40,755 nucleotides of DNA from Methanosarcinales archaeon (lineage in GTDB: Archaea > Halobacteriota > Syntropharchaeia > Alkanophagales > Methanospirareceae), in the NCBI GenBank assembly GCA_025464275.1, contig JAODGR010000043.1, positions 1-40,755 of the forward strand, in the 5' to 3' direction. This document shows, piece by piece, positions 26,197 through 39,910 of the stretch. The notes under the pieces were generated by a model that saw only the letters and a list, made by a program, of their open reading frames with translations, had not been told where the DNA came from and did not search any database. Position numbers and translations under genes: made by a program. Numbering within the stretch: position 1 is the stretch's first letter; each line of letters starts with the position of its first letter.

Positions 26197-27587
26197 AAGT
26201 AAAAGAGATAGACATAGACCCCTGGAGTGTTGCGGATATAGAAGCAAGGGATTACAGTAGATTATTCGAAGAGTTCGGAATCTCCAGATTCGAACCTTTG
26301 CTGGCGCGAATTGAGGATCCACACCTCTACATGCGCCGCGGTATCATCATGGGACACCGGGGCTATGAAGATGTAGTGGAAGCGATGCACTCGAATGAGA
26401 AGTTCGGCGTGATGAGCGGGTTCATGCCATCCGGGCGGATACACCTCGGTGGTAAGATGGTGATGGACGAGATCATCTGGCACCAGGAGAGGGGTGGTGA
26501 GGCATTCGCATGCATTGCTGATATGGAATCGCATTCGGTCCGTGGTCTTTCATGGGACGCATGCCGGCGGATAGGAGTGAATGAATACATCCTGAGTCTC
26601 ATAGCCCTGGGCTTCGATATAGACCGGGGGCACATATACTTCCAGTCGACTAACAGGGGTTTACGTGACTTCGCATTTGAACTGGGGCAGGAAGTGAACT
26701 TCAGTGAGCTGAGTGCGATCTACGGTTTCCAGGGTGATGTCCATATCTCACACATGATGAGTATCCTGGTGCAGAATGCGGATATACTGCAGCCACAGCT
26801 GCTCGAATACGGTGGTCCAAAACCGGTGGTCATCCCCGTTGGCGTTGACCAGGACCCTCATATACGACTGACCAGGGACATCGCCGCCCGGATGCGACTG
26901 TTCCGTGTGGAGAAGCGATACGACGAGAAGCAGCGCAAGCCATACATAAGCATAAGGGAGAAGCAGGCGAATAAAGGTGCACTGGACGCGGTGGCGGCGC
27001 AGATAGAATATCCAAAGAAGGTATACCAGATGCATATCGATGTGTATATAGATGTGGAGGGTGAGGATGAGGGTGAGGGAGGGAGCGGGGGCGGTAATTC
27101 ATTTGAGACCGCTATGCGTGATATAGATGATATAGTGCGGGCAGTGGAGCTGGAATATGGCGGATATGGCTTCTTCCCACCTGCTGCTACTTATCACAGG
27201 TTCATGCGAGGACTGACCGGTGGTAAGATGTCTTCAAGTATTCCAAATAGCTATATAGCGTTAACAGAGCCACCGGAGGACGCGGCAGCCAAGGTCAGAC
27301 GAGCGAAGACCGGCGGTCGTGCAACAGTGGAGGAGCAGAAGCGGCTGGGTGGGTCACCAGAGGAATGCACGGTCTATGAGCTGTTGATGTTCCACCTGAT
27401 ACCTGAGGACGCATACATAAAGGAGATATTTGAGGAGTGTAAAAACGGCGTACGAACATGCAAGTCATGCAAATCCCAGGCTGCGGAATTGATGTCCTCG
27501 TTCATCAGGAGCCATCAGGAGGAGCGAGCACATGCCAGGGAGATATTGAAGGAACGCGGACTTTATAAGCAGTGGTTAGATGTTTAA
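26193..27587 (+). CDS. trpS: Tryptophan--tRNA ligase
   Basis: SGFMPSGRIHLG, VPVG-like IPVGVDQDPHIRLTRD, KMSSS. Confidence 0.96.
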   Translation: MKVKEIDIDPWSVADIEARDYSRLFEEFGISRFEPLLARIEDPHLYMRRGIIMGHRGYEDVVEAMHSNEKFGVMSGFMPSGRIHLGGKMVMDEIIWHQERGGEAFACIADMESHSVRGLSWDACRRIGVNEYILSLIALGFDIDRGHIYFQSTNRGLRDFAFELGQEVNFSELSAIYGFQGDVHISHMMSILVQNADILQPQLLEYGGPKPVVIPVGVDQDPHIRLTRDIAARMRLFRVEKRYDEKQRKPYISIREKQANKGALDAVAAQIEYPKKVYQMHIDVYIDVEGEDEGEGGSGGGNSFETAMRDIDDIVRAVELEYGGYGFFPPAATYHRFMRGLTGGKMSSSIPNSYIALTEPPEDAAAKVRRAKTGGRATVEEQKRLGGSPEECTVYELLMFHLIPEDAYIKEIFEECKNGVRTCKSCKSQAAELMSSFIRSHQEERAHAREILKERGLYKQWLDV

Positions 27588-28650
27588 CTCGAATCGCCAT
27601 CACCACAGTTCTATAAGGGAGGCAGTATTGTATGAGCACCTCAAATCCGGTAAAGTGCGCTGCAAAACCTGCGAACGGTTCTGCGAAATCGCCACCGGTG
27701 AGATGGGATACTGTAAAACCAGGCTGAACATCGGTGGAATACTCTACACCTTAGAATATGGCGATATCTCTTCCATAAGTGCAAATCCAATAGAGAAGAA
27801 GCCATTATTCCACTTCTTCCCCGGTAGCAGGGCATTAACAGTGGGAAGTTATTCCTGCAATTTCTCCTGCCCCTGGTGCCAGAACTGGGAGATCAGTAAA
27901 TCGGTACCGAATCCTGCACGGTCTAATTTCCTACCCCCTGAGGAATTGATGCGCAGGGTAAAGGAAGAGAGATGCATGGGTACCTCTGTATCATTCAATG
28001 AACCCACCCTCATGCTTGAATACTCGCTTGACCTCTTTACACTCGCGAAAGAGAAGGGCTATTACAATACCTATGTGACGAACGGCTACATGAGTGCAGA
28101 AGCGTTAAAGCTGCTGGTGGAGCACGGGTTAGACGCAATGAACGTGGACGTGAAGGGCGATAAGGAAGCGGTGATGAGATACTGTGGTGCAGATGTGGAG
28201 AAGGTGTGGCGTAACATAAGAGAAGCGAAGAGGAGGGGTGTTCATGTTGAGATCACCACCCTCATTATACCTGGCGTGAACGATGATGAAGAATGCGTGA
28301 GGAGCATAGCATCAAGGCTCATAAGAGAGGTCGGTGTGGATACACCATGGCATGTAACGCGTTATTTCCCGGCTTACCGTGCACCTGAATCCGGACTTTA
28401 CCGCAGCAGCACACCTGTTGATATACTGGAACGTGTATGGCGGATAGGGAAGGAGGAGGGTTTGAATTATGTCTATCTTGGTAATGTACCCGGGCATCAC
28501 CTTGAGAACACCTATTGCCCACGTTGTGGTACACTGCTAATCAGGCGATACGGATTTGAGGTGGTCATTTATCGGATAACAGCCACAGGTAAATGCCCCG
28601 GGTGTGGAGCGGATATACCGGTGATATGCGCCACGAACGAACGTGCATAA
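27580..28650 (+). CDS. amrS: AmmeMemoRadiSam system radical SAM enzyme
   Basis: NPIEKKPLFHF, CNFSCPWCQNWEIS, NEPT, YVYLGNVPG, TYCPRCG. Confidence 0.92.
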   Translation: MFNSNRHHHSSIREAVLYEHLKSGKVRCKTCERFCEIATGEMGYCKTRLNIGGILYTLEYGDISSISANPIEKKPLFHFFPGSRALTVGSYSCNFSCPWCQNWEISKSVPNPARSNFLPPEELMRRVKEERCMGTSVSFNEPTLMLEYSLDLFTLAKEKGYYNTYVTNGYMSAEALKLLVEHGLDAMNVDVKGDKEAVMRYCGADVEKVWRNIREAKRRGVHVEITTLIIPGVNDDEECVRSIASRLIREVGVDTPWHVTRYFPAYRAPESGLYRSSTPVDILERVWRIGKEEGLNYVYLGNVPGHHLENTYCPRCGTLLIRRYGFEVVIYRITATGKCPGCGADIPVICATNERA

Positions 28651-28655
28651 AACCA

Positions 28656-29783
28656 TCAAACAGCGGGAGACGTTAGCCCCGACTTCAATCTCGCCTCCTT
28701 CATCAGCCCGTGCAATATCTCCGAGACCTCGTCCATCCTTTGCCTATCCACAGGATACGGCACCCCGTCCTTACCGCCGAAGGCAAATGAGAACTTAACA
28801 GGGTCACGCCAGCTCGGTTTCGCTCCGTATATCAGTTCAGCGACGAGTGCTAAAGCCCGTACCGTTGCAGGTCCAACACCGCGGATACACAGCAGCTCTT
28901 CGAAATCCGATGGCTGATTCTCATATGCTATGCGCAGTGCATCCCAGTTCACATGCCTCGGTAGCTTGAAGCGGGCATCCACAGCCGGAAGCGATTCACA
29001 TGCGGGTGCGGGTGCAATAGCATGGTCATCGAAGTTCAATAGCGTTCTCTGCCCCTTCTTCAGCCTTAAGGTTAAGGCACTCTCCAGCTCCTTATACACA
29101 CGCTTCAATTCCCTGCCCCTTACCAGGTCAACGGAGACCTTACGACATTCCCTGCTCTCCTTCGCCGTCATATTCAGTACACTGGGATGAAGGAATCCGA
29201 TGATACCCTGGTGTGGCTCCTCATCGTAACCACTCACCCTTACGGCGGAGGAGAGCCAGTGGTATCGCCTTGCATACCGATTGCCGGTATTCATACCCTG
29301 CTGTATCACCGCCCATTCGCCCTTCTCGGTGATGACCATCGAGTGATGATACAGGTGGTAACCGTCCTGTATGCAGGTGTTATCCACCTTTGCAGCCATT
29401 CTGCTGGCATATTTCAACTCCTCAATCTTTGTATCACTCAGTCTCAGCTTCGTACCTATATCTTCTATATCAGCGAGCGTGTTCCGTGAAGCCCTGCCCT
29501 TGCCGCCAGCGATGCCAATACCGAACTCCTCAGGGTCTATCACAGATTTTAATACGCCACATACCACCGTGGTGGTGCCGCTGCTGTGCCAGTCGTAAGC
29601 GAGGACACAGGAGAGCGACTGGAACCACAGAGGGTCTGCCAGCTTCTCTATCACCCCACCCACGCCATACTCCTCCACCATCAGACCGAATATGGCATGA
29701 GCCAGCTTCTTCATCCGCTTTACCAGCCAGTAAGGTGCCGAACCACCATGAAGTGGCAGATCCACCACGCCCGCTCGCTTCAT
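28656..29783 (-). CDS. DUF763 family protein
   Basis: DLPLHGG, DWHSSGTTT, AKVDN...QDGYHLYHH, QQGMN, GVGPATVRALAL, FGGKDGVPYPV. Confidence 0.88.
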   Translation of the reverse strand: MKRAGVVDLPLHGGSAPYWLVKRMKKLAHAIFGLMVEEYGVGGVIEKLADPLWFQSLSCVLAYDWHSSGTTTVVCGVLKSVIDPEEFGIGIAGGKGRASRNTLADIEDIGTKLRLSDTKIEELKYASRMAAKVDNTCIQDGYHLYHHSMVITEKGEWAVIQQGMNTGNRYARRYHWLSSAVRVSGYDEEPHQGIIGFLHPSVLNMTAKESRECRKVSVDLVRGRELKRVYKELESALTLRLKKGQRTLLNFDDHAIAPAPACESLPAVDARFKLPRHVNWDALRIAYENQPSDFEELLCIRGVGPATVRALALVAELIYGAKPSWRDPVKFSFAFGGKDGVPYPVDRQRMDEVSEILHGLMKEARLKSGLTSPAV

Positions 29784-29784
29784 T

Positions 29785-30312
29785 TCAAGTGAGAGCTCTA
29801 CCCTTCTTACCGGCAGAGGTCAAACCCCTGAAGACCCTACCCCTGTGCTTATGGTCACAAATCCAGTTGATGGTCTTATCAGCTCTTATCGCCGGGTTTG
29901 CAGGTTCGACCATTATTATCTCGAACCATTTATACTTACCATCCTCAGCTACCCAGTAGGAGTTGAGGACTTCCATATTGGGATATTTACGCGCGGCTCG
30001 CTCCTCTGCAATCCGCTGTAAGCTCTTGCCAGGTGTTATCTTGTGCACACCCATCCGCTTGGGTCTTCTCCCTCTTCTCGGTCTCGATTTCCGCCTGCCA
30101 CCACGTCTAACCTTCGCTCTCACCACAATGAACCCCCTCTTCGCTCTGTATCCGAGAGCGCGGGCGCGATCCAGCCGCGTTGGATGCTCTATCCTCACAA
30201 CTGCCGGCTCTCTACGCCATTTAACCAGCCTCTCACGTCTCAGTTCGCCCACGTACGAATCATCCGGTCTCTTCCATGCCTCACCTATGTATTCATAAAA
30301 TGACTTTACCAT
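29785..30312 (-). CDS. rpl15e: 50S ribosomal protein L15e
   Basis: [37 protein letters not shown]. Confidence 0.97.
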   Translation of the reverse strand: MVKSFYEYIGEAWKRPDDSYVGELRRERLVKWRREPAVVRIEHPTRLDRARALGYRAKRGFIVVRAKVRRGGRRKSRPRRGRRPKRMGVHKITPGKSLQRIAEERAARKYPNMEVLNSYWVAEDGKYKWFEIIMVEPANPAIRADKTINWICDHKHRGRVFRGLTSAGKKGRALT

Positions 30313-30442
30313 CTCTACCTCCTGAAGGTATATGCCCGGTATGATATTAATATATCATATAACAAACCCGAAGCAATTAAATAGAAGATAGAATATAAGG
30401 TAGAAGATATAAGAACCAGATAGCAAATAAAGAATTTAATAA

Positions 30443-30927
<485 letters not shown>

Positions 30928-30943
30928 GATTCATCTTCATATA

Positions 30944-30970
30944 TACTTGATACTTGATACTTGATATTGA
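30944..30970 (+). repeat. (TACTTGA)x3 plus TATTGA immediately upstream of the tRNA
   Basis: Read directly from the sequence. Confidence 0.9.
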
Positions 30971-30973
30971 GCA

Positions 30974-31059
30974 GCCGAGGTAGCTTAGAGGACAAAAGCG
31001 CCGGCCTTGAGAGCCGGTGTCCCTTAAGGGACACAAGGGTTCGAATCCCTTCCTCGGCG
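30974..31059 (+). tRNA. tRNA-Ser (anticodon TGA)
   Basis: Acceptor stem GCCGAGG/CCTCGGC with G discriminator; D arm GCTT/AAGC; anticodon stem CCGGC-CTTGAGA-GCCGG; long variable arm TGTCCC-TTAA-GGGACA; T arm AAGGG-TTCGAAT-CCCTT. No intron and no encoded CCA. Confidence 0.96.
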
Positions 31060-31068
31060 CTGGGATGA

Positions 31069-31542
31069 ATGAAGGAGGCAAGGGACGTGGACGTGGAAGA
31101 ATGGGATTATGATTATGAGGAGTTGCTGGACCGGGCTTTGAGGCAGTTACCAGAGACTGTAAAGAGCACCGAGTCCCGATTCGTGATACCGCGAGCAAAG
31201 GTCTTCATCGAGGGTAAGACCACAATCTTTGATAATTTCGAGGGGATATGCAATTATATAAACCGTGAACCTGAGTATGTGATGAAATTCCTGCTCAGTG
31301 AACTGGGTACCGCGGGCAAGATAGAGGGTAGCAGAGCGATATTTCAGGGCAGATTCTCACCCAATGAGGTGCAGCATCAAATCCAGCGGTTCATTCATGA
31401 ATACGTACTGTGCTGGGAATGTAAGAAACCGGATACCCACTTCGCCAGGATGGAGCGTGTATGGGTACTGAAATGTGATGCCTGCGGTGCAATACGTCCG
31501 ATAGCGAAGATAAAGGGTGGCGTTAGAAGGGGCAGGAGATAG
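31069..31542 (+). CDS. eif2b: Translation initiation factor aIF-2 beta subunit
   Basis: YEELLDRA, EGKTT...NF, ELGTAG, YVLCWECKKPDT, LKCDACGA. Confidence 0.95.
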   Translation: MKEARDVDVEEWDYDYEELLDRALRQLPETVKSTESRFVIPRAKVFIEGKTTIFDNFEGICNYINREPEYVMKFLLSELGTAGKIEGSRAIFQGRFSPNEVQHQIQRFIHEYVLCWECKKPDTHFARMERVWVLKCDACGAIRPIAKIKGGVRRGRR

Positions 31543-31543
31543 C

Positions 31544-32542
31544 TCATTCCAGCTCCACCCTTATCCCCATTATCTCCCTCTTACCACGGTACACATCCCT
31601 CGCTATCTCCGCGCATCCAATTGCTGCACTGTACCTCGTTAATGTCCGTATCTTCTTCTCGCCCAGTAGCTCTTCTATTCGTGCTCTCATCGCATCCTTC
31701 TCACCCTCTGACCCGGTTAAGAAGATTGCACAGCTTTCCGGCTCTGTGGGTGTGCGGGTTTTAGAGTGAGAGTGTGAGTGAGAGTCATTGAAGAAGACGC
31801 GCATCGCCGCGATCTCCATCGCCACAAAGAGTGCCAGTGTGGCTGTTACATCCAGGTGCACACCGGCTGTTAGCCGCTTACGTGCTACACCGGCGGTGGA
31901 GAATGCCTCATTTGCCCCCATCTTACCGCTGTCTATCTCCCTTATCAGCTGGAGGTCAATAGGACCCTGATATAGCCCTGGCGCACCCATGCATGCATCT
32001 ATCCCACCCTTTATCTCACCATTCACCACACACATCGTTACCGTGTTGGCACTGATATCAGAGAAGATGAAGTGCTTAAACCCCCTTTTGTAGATGTGAT
32101 ATGCAACACCCACCTTCTCAGGGCTTGCACAATGAGAGAAGAACCTCATCCTTGGGTCTATACACTCACTGCCTGCGTGTATCCCGGGTATCATTATAGT
32201 GGTGATACCGGAGTTCTTTATGGCGTCGAATACGTTTGTACCGCCACCGACTGCTATACCCGCTCCACCTTCGCTCCTCAATCCCCGGTCTGGTACCTCA
32301 CCAATCTCCTTTATCCTTGAGAAGCCATCACCCATCGAGTAGCTCAGAGCAATGAGCTCTATCTCCTCTGCTCTTGCTCTCAAACCCAGACCCAGCTCCA
32401 TCCACTCCAATATCGCTTCTCTATCCATCTTAGCCGCTTCTTCACGAGCTAACTCAGCGATTCGCGGCTTTGTATCACCATCCTCAGCCCCTATTCCGGC
32501 AAACCGTATTCCCGTGGTGCCGTGGTCTATACCTACGAACAT
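31544..32542 (-). CDS. Methanogenesis marker protein 12 (UPF0285)
   Basis: FVGIDHGTTGIRF, YSMGDG, GGGT, FSHCASPEK, SDISANTVT. Confidence 0.88.
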   Translation of the reverse strand: MFVGIDHGTTGIRFAGIGAEDGDTKPRIAELAREEAAKMDREAILEWMELGLGLRARAEEIELIALSYSMGDGFSRIKEIGEVPDRGLRSEGGAGIAVGGGTNVFDAIKNSGITTIMIPGIHAGSECIDPRMRFFSHCASPEKVGVAYHIYKRGFKHFIFSDISANTVTMCVVNGEIKGGIDACMGAPGLYQGPIDLQLIREIDSGKMGANEAFSTAGVARKRLTAGVHLDVTATLALFVAMEIAAMRVFFNDSHSHSHSKTRTPTEPESCAIFLTGSEGEKDAMRARIEELLGEKKIRTLTRYSAAIGCAEIARDVYRGKREIMGIRVELE

Positions 32543-32547
32543 CCTCC

Positions 32548-32982
32548 CTACTGCCGTTTCACCTCTCTCTTCAGTTCCACCAGTTTCAGACCACCCGGGA
32601 TATCGGTTATCACATCAAGGACAGTGCACTTATCGCCGTTCATGAGACCGGGAGGGTGGCATAGATCAGAGAGTGAAGGCTCGCAATCCAGTGTTTTGAA
32701 TACGATTTTCGAACCTTTTACTGCCTGTTTTGCCTCTATTATCGCCTTTATCGGTGGCTCGGTCACCTCCACCACACACACTCCACCCTCGTGGATGGGG
32801 CATTCGTGCTTCATACCCTCTCTTATCCTCTCCACCCTGTATCTCCTCCCCACCTCGAGATTGGCGCACGCCTTCTTCAATCTGCACCCATCGCATCTCC
32901 TCGCCGGACCCATGAAGATGAACTCCTCCCCCTCCTTCGCCTGCTTCTCTCCTATCAGAGTTACTATCCTCCCCCCTTCCAT
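32548..32982 (-). CDS. UPF0179 family protein
   Basis: VTLIGEKQAKEGEEFIF, CDGCRLKKAC, HECPIHEGGV. Confidence 0.88.
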   Translation of the reverse strand: MEGGRIVTLIGEKQAKEGEEFIFMGPARRCDGCRLKKACANLEVGRRYRVERIREGMKHECPIHEGGVCVVEVTEPPIKAIIEAKQAVKGSKIVFKTLDCEPSLSDLCHPPGLMNGDKCTVLDVITDIPGGLKLVELKREVKRQ

Positions 32983-33044
32983 CTCCTCTCATTCCTGTGT
33001 ACCGTCTATCCACTCTTAATCTACTACCACTGACTATCACCCAT

Positions 33045-34145
33045 CTATCCAATCACACCGGTGGTGATAGCCAATCGTTCCGCTGCTTCCCTCGTAAGTC
33101 CCGATTCACCCAGGATGGTGAATCGTTCGGGATTGATCTTGTGTGCGGTAGTGAGTGCCTCAATGATGTGTTCATCCTTTATACCCAGCTCCTTCGCGGT
33201 CGTGGGAGCGCCAATCTCCCTGAGGGTGTCACGAATCCGCTGCCAGTTATCACCATACAGATATGACATCATTATGGTTCCGACACCACACTGCTCGCCA
33301 TGCAAAGCCGGTTTATCTGCTATCATATCGAGAGCATGGCTGAATTTGTGCTCTGAGCCGGACGCAGGTGCGGATGACCCGGCGATACTTATCGCGACAC
33401 CACTCGAGACCAGCGCCTTTACCACGGTCCATGCAGCCTTCTCATCCCTCTTCTTTATCTCCTTCGCCTTCTCCAATATCATGTTCGCGGTCATCTCTGA
33501 GAGGGCGGCGGCGTAACTGCTGAATTCCACACTCTGTAGCCGGTGAGCGAGTTGCCAGTCACGTACCGCGGTATAGTTCGCGATGATGTCACCACACCCG
33601 GCAGCGGTGAACCTGAAAGGTGCAGAGGATATTATCTGAGTATCTGCGATGACTGCGAGTGGTGCATGAGCCTGCCTGGATACGGGGCTGTGACCCTCCT
33701 CACCCTTTATAGAAGCCCTGGGCGAGGCGATACCATCATGTGATGCGATGGTCGGGATAGAGATAAAAGGAATACCAAGTTCGAATGATGCGACCTTGCC
33801 GGTATCAATGATTGTCCCACCGCCAACTGCGAGTATGAACCTCGCTCTGCACTCCCGAGCTATCTCCACGGTGCTCTCTATACTGCCACGATTTATAGCC
33901 TCTACCACAGCCATCTGCACCTCGTAACCCGAATCGGTCAGGAACTCCACCACCTTCTCACCCGCTATCGTCCTCGTGAAGCGTGCACCGGTGACCACGA
34001 GGGCGTTGCCCTGCAGCCCCAGGTGTTTACATACCCGACCCACCTCAGACAGTACACCATGACCGACCAGGAGTTCTCGTGGCAGTTGCATCCATTTCAT
34101 CTTATCAAATGGTTTCATCTCCTGGCTCCTTTGCCTCTCCTTCAT
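33045..34145 (-). CDS. egsA: sn-Glycerol-1-phosphate dehydrogenase
   Basis: GGGTIIDTGK, PTIASHDGIASP, PASGSEHKFSHALD, LHGEQCG. Confidence 0.95.
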   Translation of the reverse strand: MKERQRSQEMKPFDKMKWMQLPRELLVGHGVLSEVGRVCKHLGLQGNALVVTGARFTRTIAGEKVVEFLTDSGYEVQMAVVEAINRGSIESTVEIARECRARFILAVGGGTIIDTGKVASFELGIPFISIPTIASHDGIASPRASIKGEEGHSPVSRQAHAPLAVIADTQIISSAPFRFTAAGCGDIIANYTAVRDWQLAHRLQSVEFSSYAAALSEMTANMILEKAKEIKKRDEKAAWTVVKALVSSGVAISIAGSSAPASGSEHKFSHALDMIADKPALHGEQCGVGTIMMSYLYGDNWQRIRDTLREIGAPTTAKELGIKDEHIIEALTTAHKINPERFTILGESGLTREAAERLAITTGVIG

Positions 34146-34204
34146 CTCATCTATGGTTATATAAATTTATTGTTTATTATATTTCCTCTCTCATCTCTCA
34201 TCGC

Positions 34205-34975
34205 TCACGTGCGAGATACGAGAGCCAGAAAGCCTGATTCGGGCTCATAGCATCTGCCATCCGCGATGAGTTCATCAATCACCTCCTCCATCCACCTCCC
34301 TCTCAGTCCCCGCTTACTCAGTTCCGCCATTAACACTTCACGACTGCTCTTATCCACGGTATTGAGGAAATCGAGAGCAATCTCCTTTGCAGTTTTGTTA
34401 TAATGGAGCCACAACTGCTGAACCGCCTCCAATGCGATACTCTCACATTCATCCAGTTTGTCGCCATCGCCGTAATGCCTCATCGCTCTGTCCATCCAGC
34501 TGGTGGTGATGGTGGGGAGGTGTGAGCGAAGCTGTTCTATTCTCTCCATTGTCCGTATAGCGGTACTCAGTATCCAGTTATCCCTCACACCCGCATCCAC
34601 CTCAGCCACACACGCAGAGGCGCACGCCTCTCCGTCAATGATCAGGAAACTCTTCTCAGGCGGGTGTACCCGCACACGGGGTTTACCCATGAATGCCAGC
34701 AGATACTCAGGTTCAACTGTGCTAAGCCTGAGCCTGAGCCCCATTCTGGCTGCTATATCTGTATACATGTACAGATTGATGAGAGCGGTGGAATCACTTA
34801 TCTTCAGCTTTGTTATCCTGCCACGGCTCTCCACTTCTTTCACCTCCCCCACAGCAAATAGGGTTGAGCACCTTGCACAGGTGGGTGTAATGACAGAATC
34901 ATCAATCACGAGGTCGCTGAGCATCAATTCCTTGAAGAAAACCCGACAGGCTCCTCTCTCACTTCGCGTTGACAT
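34205..34975 (-). CDS. RPA-associated / RPA32-like protein (OB fold plus C-terminal winged helix)
   Basis: RVFFKEL, LFAVG, KISDST, RDNWILSTAIRT and C-terminal IDELIADGRCYEP. Confidence 0.7.
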   Translation of the reverse strand: MSTRSERGACRVFFKELMLSDLVIDDSVITPTCARCSTLFAVGEVKEVESRGRITKLKISDSTALINLYMYTDIAARMGLRLRLSTVEPEYLLAFMGKPRVRVHPPEKSFLIIDGEACASACVAEVDAGVRDNWILSTAIRTMERIEQLRSHLPTITTSWMDRAMRHYGDGDKLDECESIALEAVQQLWLHYNKTAKEIALDFLNTVDKSSREVLMAELSKRGLRGRWMEEVIDELIADGRCYEPESGFLALVSRT

Positions 34976-34994
34976 CGCACACGAATAAATAGAA

Positions 34995-35810
34995 TCAGAA
35001 GATTATGATACCACCATATCCAACCACACTCGCGGTATCACCGGTGATATCCCCGCTGGTAGCGTATTTAACCAGTTTCCCCTGCTTTGCTCCGAGCCTC
35101 TTCGCAGCATACAGCACCGATGCTATCGGACCAACGCCACATGCGGATGAGCGGTGAGAGAATATACGGTTATAGAACTTACCGACGTCCAGCTCTGTTA
35201 TCGCTTCTATCACCGCTTCATCCTTGACACGAGCTACGTGGTCTGGTTCATAATGGGTGAAGTCGGAGGAGGCGATCATAATAACCCTCTTCTTATCCCT
35301 GAATCTGATAATCGTAGCTGCGAGGTCTTCTCCTATCTCACGTGCAGTCTCTTCGTCACTGAGTGCCACGCAGATGGGTACGAAGAGGAAGGTATCGAAC
35401 CGGTACTGTAAGAATGGTAGCTGAACTTCTATCGAATGCTCATACCTGTGCGCTGTCTCATCGATGTCAATGATCCGTCTGGGTAATGCATCTATGAACT
35501 CGATATCCACATCCACACTACCGAGAGGGGTCATCCACGTCTCCCGCGATGCGGCGACGAGTGAGCCCATGCCATGATGATTGGGACCGAGGATGACGAA
35601 GGTATCGGCATGTGGGAGTCTGGCATAGACATGAGCGGCAACGCCACCAGAATACACGTACCCGGCATGGGGGACGACCGCGCCGATGATGCCCTCTTCT
35701 GTCTCCGCGCCTGCACCTTCTGGCACCCCTGCGAAGCATCTCTCCAGCTCCTCTATCAGCTCACGCCGGGTTGCCGCGTAGAAACTACCTGCTACCGCTT
35801 CTCTTCTCAT
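34995..35810 (-). CDS. amrB: AmmeMemoRadiSam system protein B (MEMO1 family)
   Basis: AVAGSFY, PHAGYVYSG, GPNHHG, EHSIEVQLPFLQ, ASSDFTHY, SACG, VVGY. Confidence 0.93.
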   Translation of the reverse strand: MRREAVAGSFYAATRRELIEELERCFAGVPEGAGAETEEGIIGAVVPHAGYVYSGGVAAHVYARLPHADTFVILGPNHHGMGSLVAASRETWMTPLGSVDVDIEFIDALPRRIIDIDETAHRYEHSIEVQLPFLQYRFDTFLFVPICVALSDEETAREIGEDLAATIIRFRDKKRVIMIASSDFTHYEPDHVARVKDEAVIEAITELDVGKFYNRIFSHRSSACGVGPIASVLYAAKRLGAKQGKLVKYATSGDITGDTASVVGYGGIIIF

Positions 35811-35852
35811 CGTATCATCATCTCATCTCACGGTTAGTAGTGTCAAATAGTA

Positions 35853-36509
35853 TCAGATCACCGCCTCGAAGTCCTCCAGTGAGTACTCGAATTTGAAATC
35901 TTCCGTATCACCCTTCTCGCGGCGATGGAGTTCACGCAGCAGTTCACGTGCAAGTAGCCAGTAGACGGTAGCGAGTGCTTTCCTGCCATGGTTGTTCGTT
36001 GGAATGACGAAATCCACATTGGATGTGGAGTTGTTCGTATCACAGAGTGCAATAATGGGTAGACCTGTTTTTACACCCTCTTTCAGTGCCTGTGCATCGG
36101 TCATCGGGTCGGTCAATATGAGGATCGAGGGTTCGATGAAATATTCACTCCTGGGATTGGTGAGTGTACCGGGGATAAACCGTCCCACTATCGCCTTCGC
36201 TCCTGTCACTCTGGCGAACATGCTCGCAGGTCGATGCGCGTACTCCCTTGCAGCCACGACGAGTATGGAAGAGGGTTCGTAATTAGCCAGGAAACGGGCT
36301 GCTATACGTAATCGCCTGTCCATAATCTCTATATCAAGGAGATATAACCCATCTGGTCTTGCCTGATAGATGAACCTTCGCATATCGCCGGTCTTCTGCT
36401 GTGTACCTATATGAACGCCACTCGCAAGATAATCAGGACCCGGTATCAGGGTTTCCATCTTCTCCCCTCCCCCTGCTCCTGCTTCATCTCTATCCGCTTC
36501 GTTCATCAT
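35853..36509 (-). CDS. rps2: 30S ribosomal protein S2
   Basis: [36 protein letters not shown]. The start may be the internal MET. Confidence 0.96.
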   Translation of the reverse strand: MMNEADRDEAGAGGGEKMETLIPGPDYLASGVHIGTQQKTGDMRRFIYQARPDGLYLLDIEIMDRRLRIAARFLANYEPSSILVVAAREYAHRPASMFARVTGAKAIVGRFIPGTLTNPRSEYFIEPSILILTDPMTDAQALKEGVKTGLPIIALCDTNNSTSNVDFVIPTNNHGRKALATVYWLLARELLRELHRREKGDTEDFKFEYSLEDFEAVI

Positions 36510-36579
36510 TTGTGTAGTTGAGGTATTGTTATTCTTATTCTTCTTTTCTTTCTATCATTCTATTTCTATTAAATCTTAA

Positions 36580-39887
<3,308 letters not shown>

Positions 39888-39910
39888 GAAGGGCATGAGA
39901 TGAGCAGAGT

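Noticed and set aside
26890..27170. Large insertion in TrpRS as a possible intein or novel domain
   Set aside because: No intein terminal motifs, and as I recall related euryarchaeal TrpRS proteins have an insertion here; only the low-complexity loop is notable.
30974..31059. tRNA as tRNA-Sec, a suppressor, or an integration site
   Set aside because: The anticodon is TGA (reads UCA, Ser) with a normal 7-bp acceptor stem; I saw no duplicated 3' end or integrase nearby.
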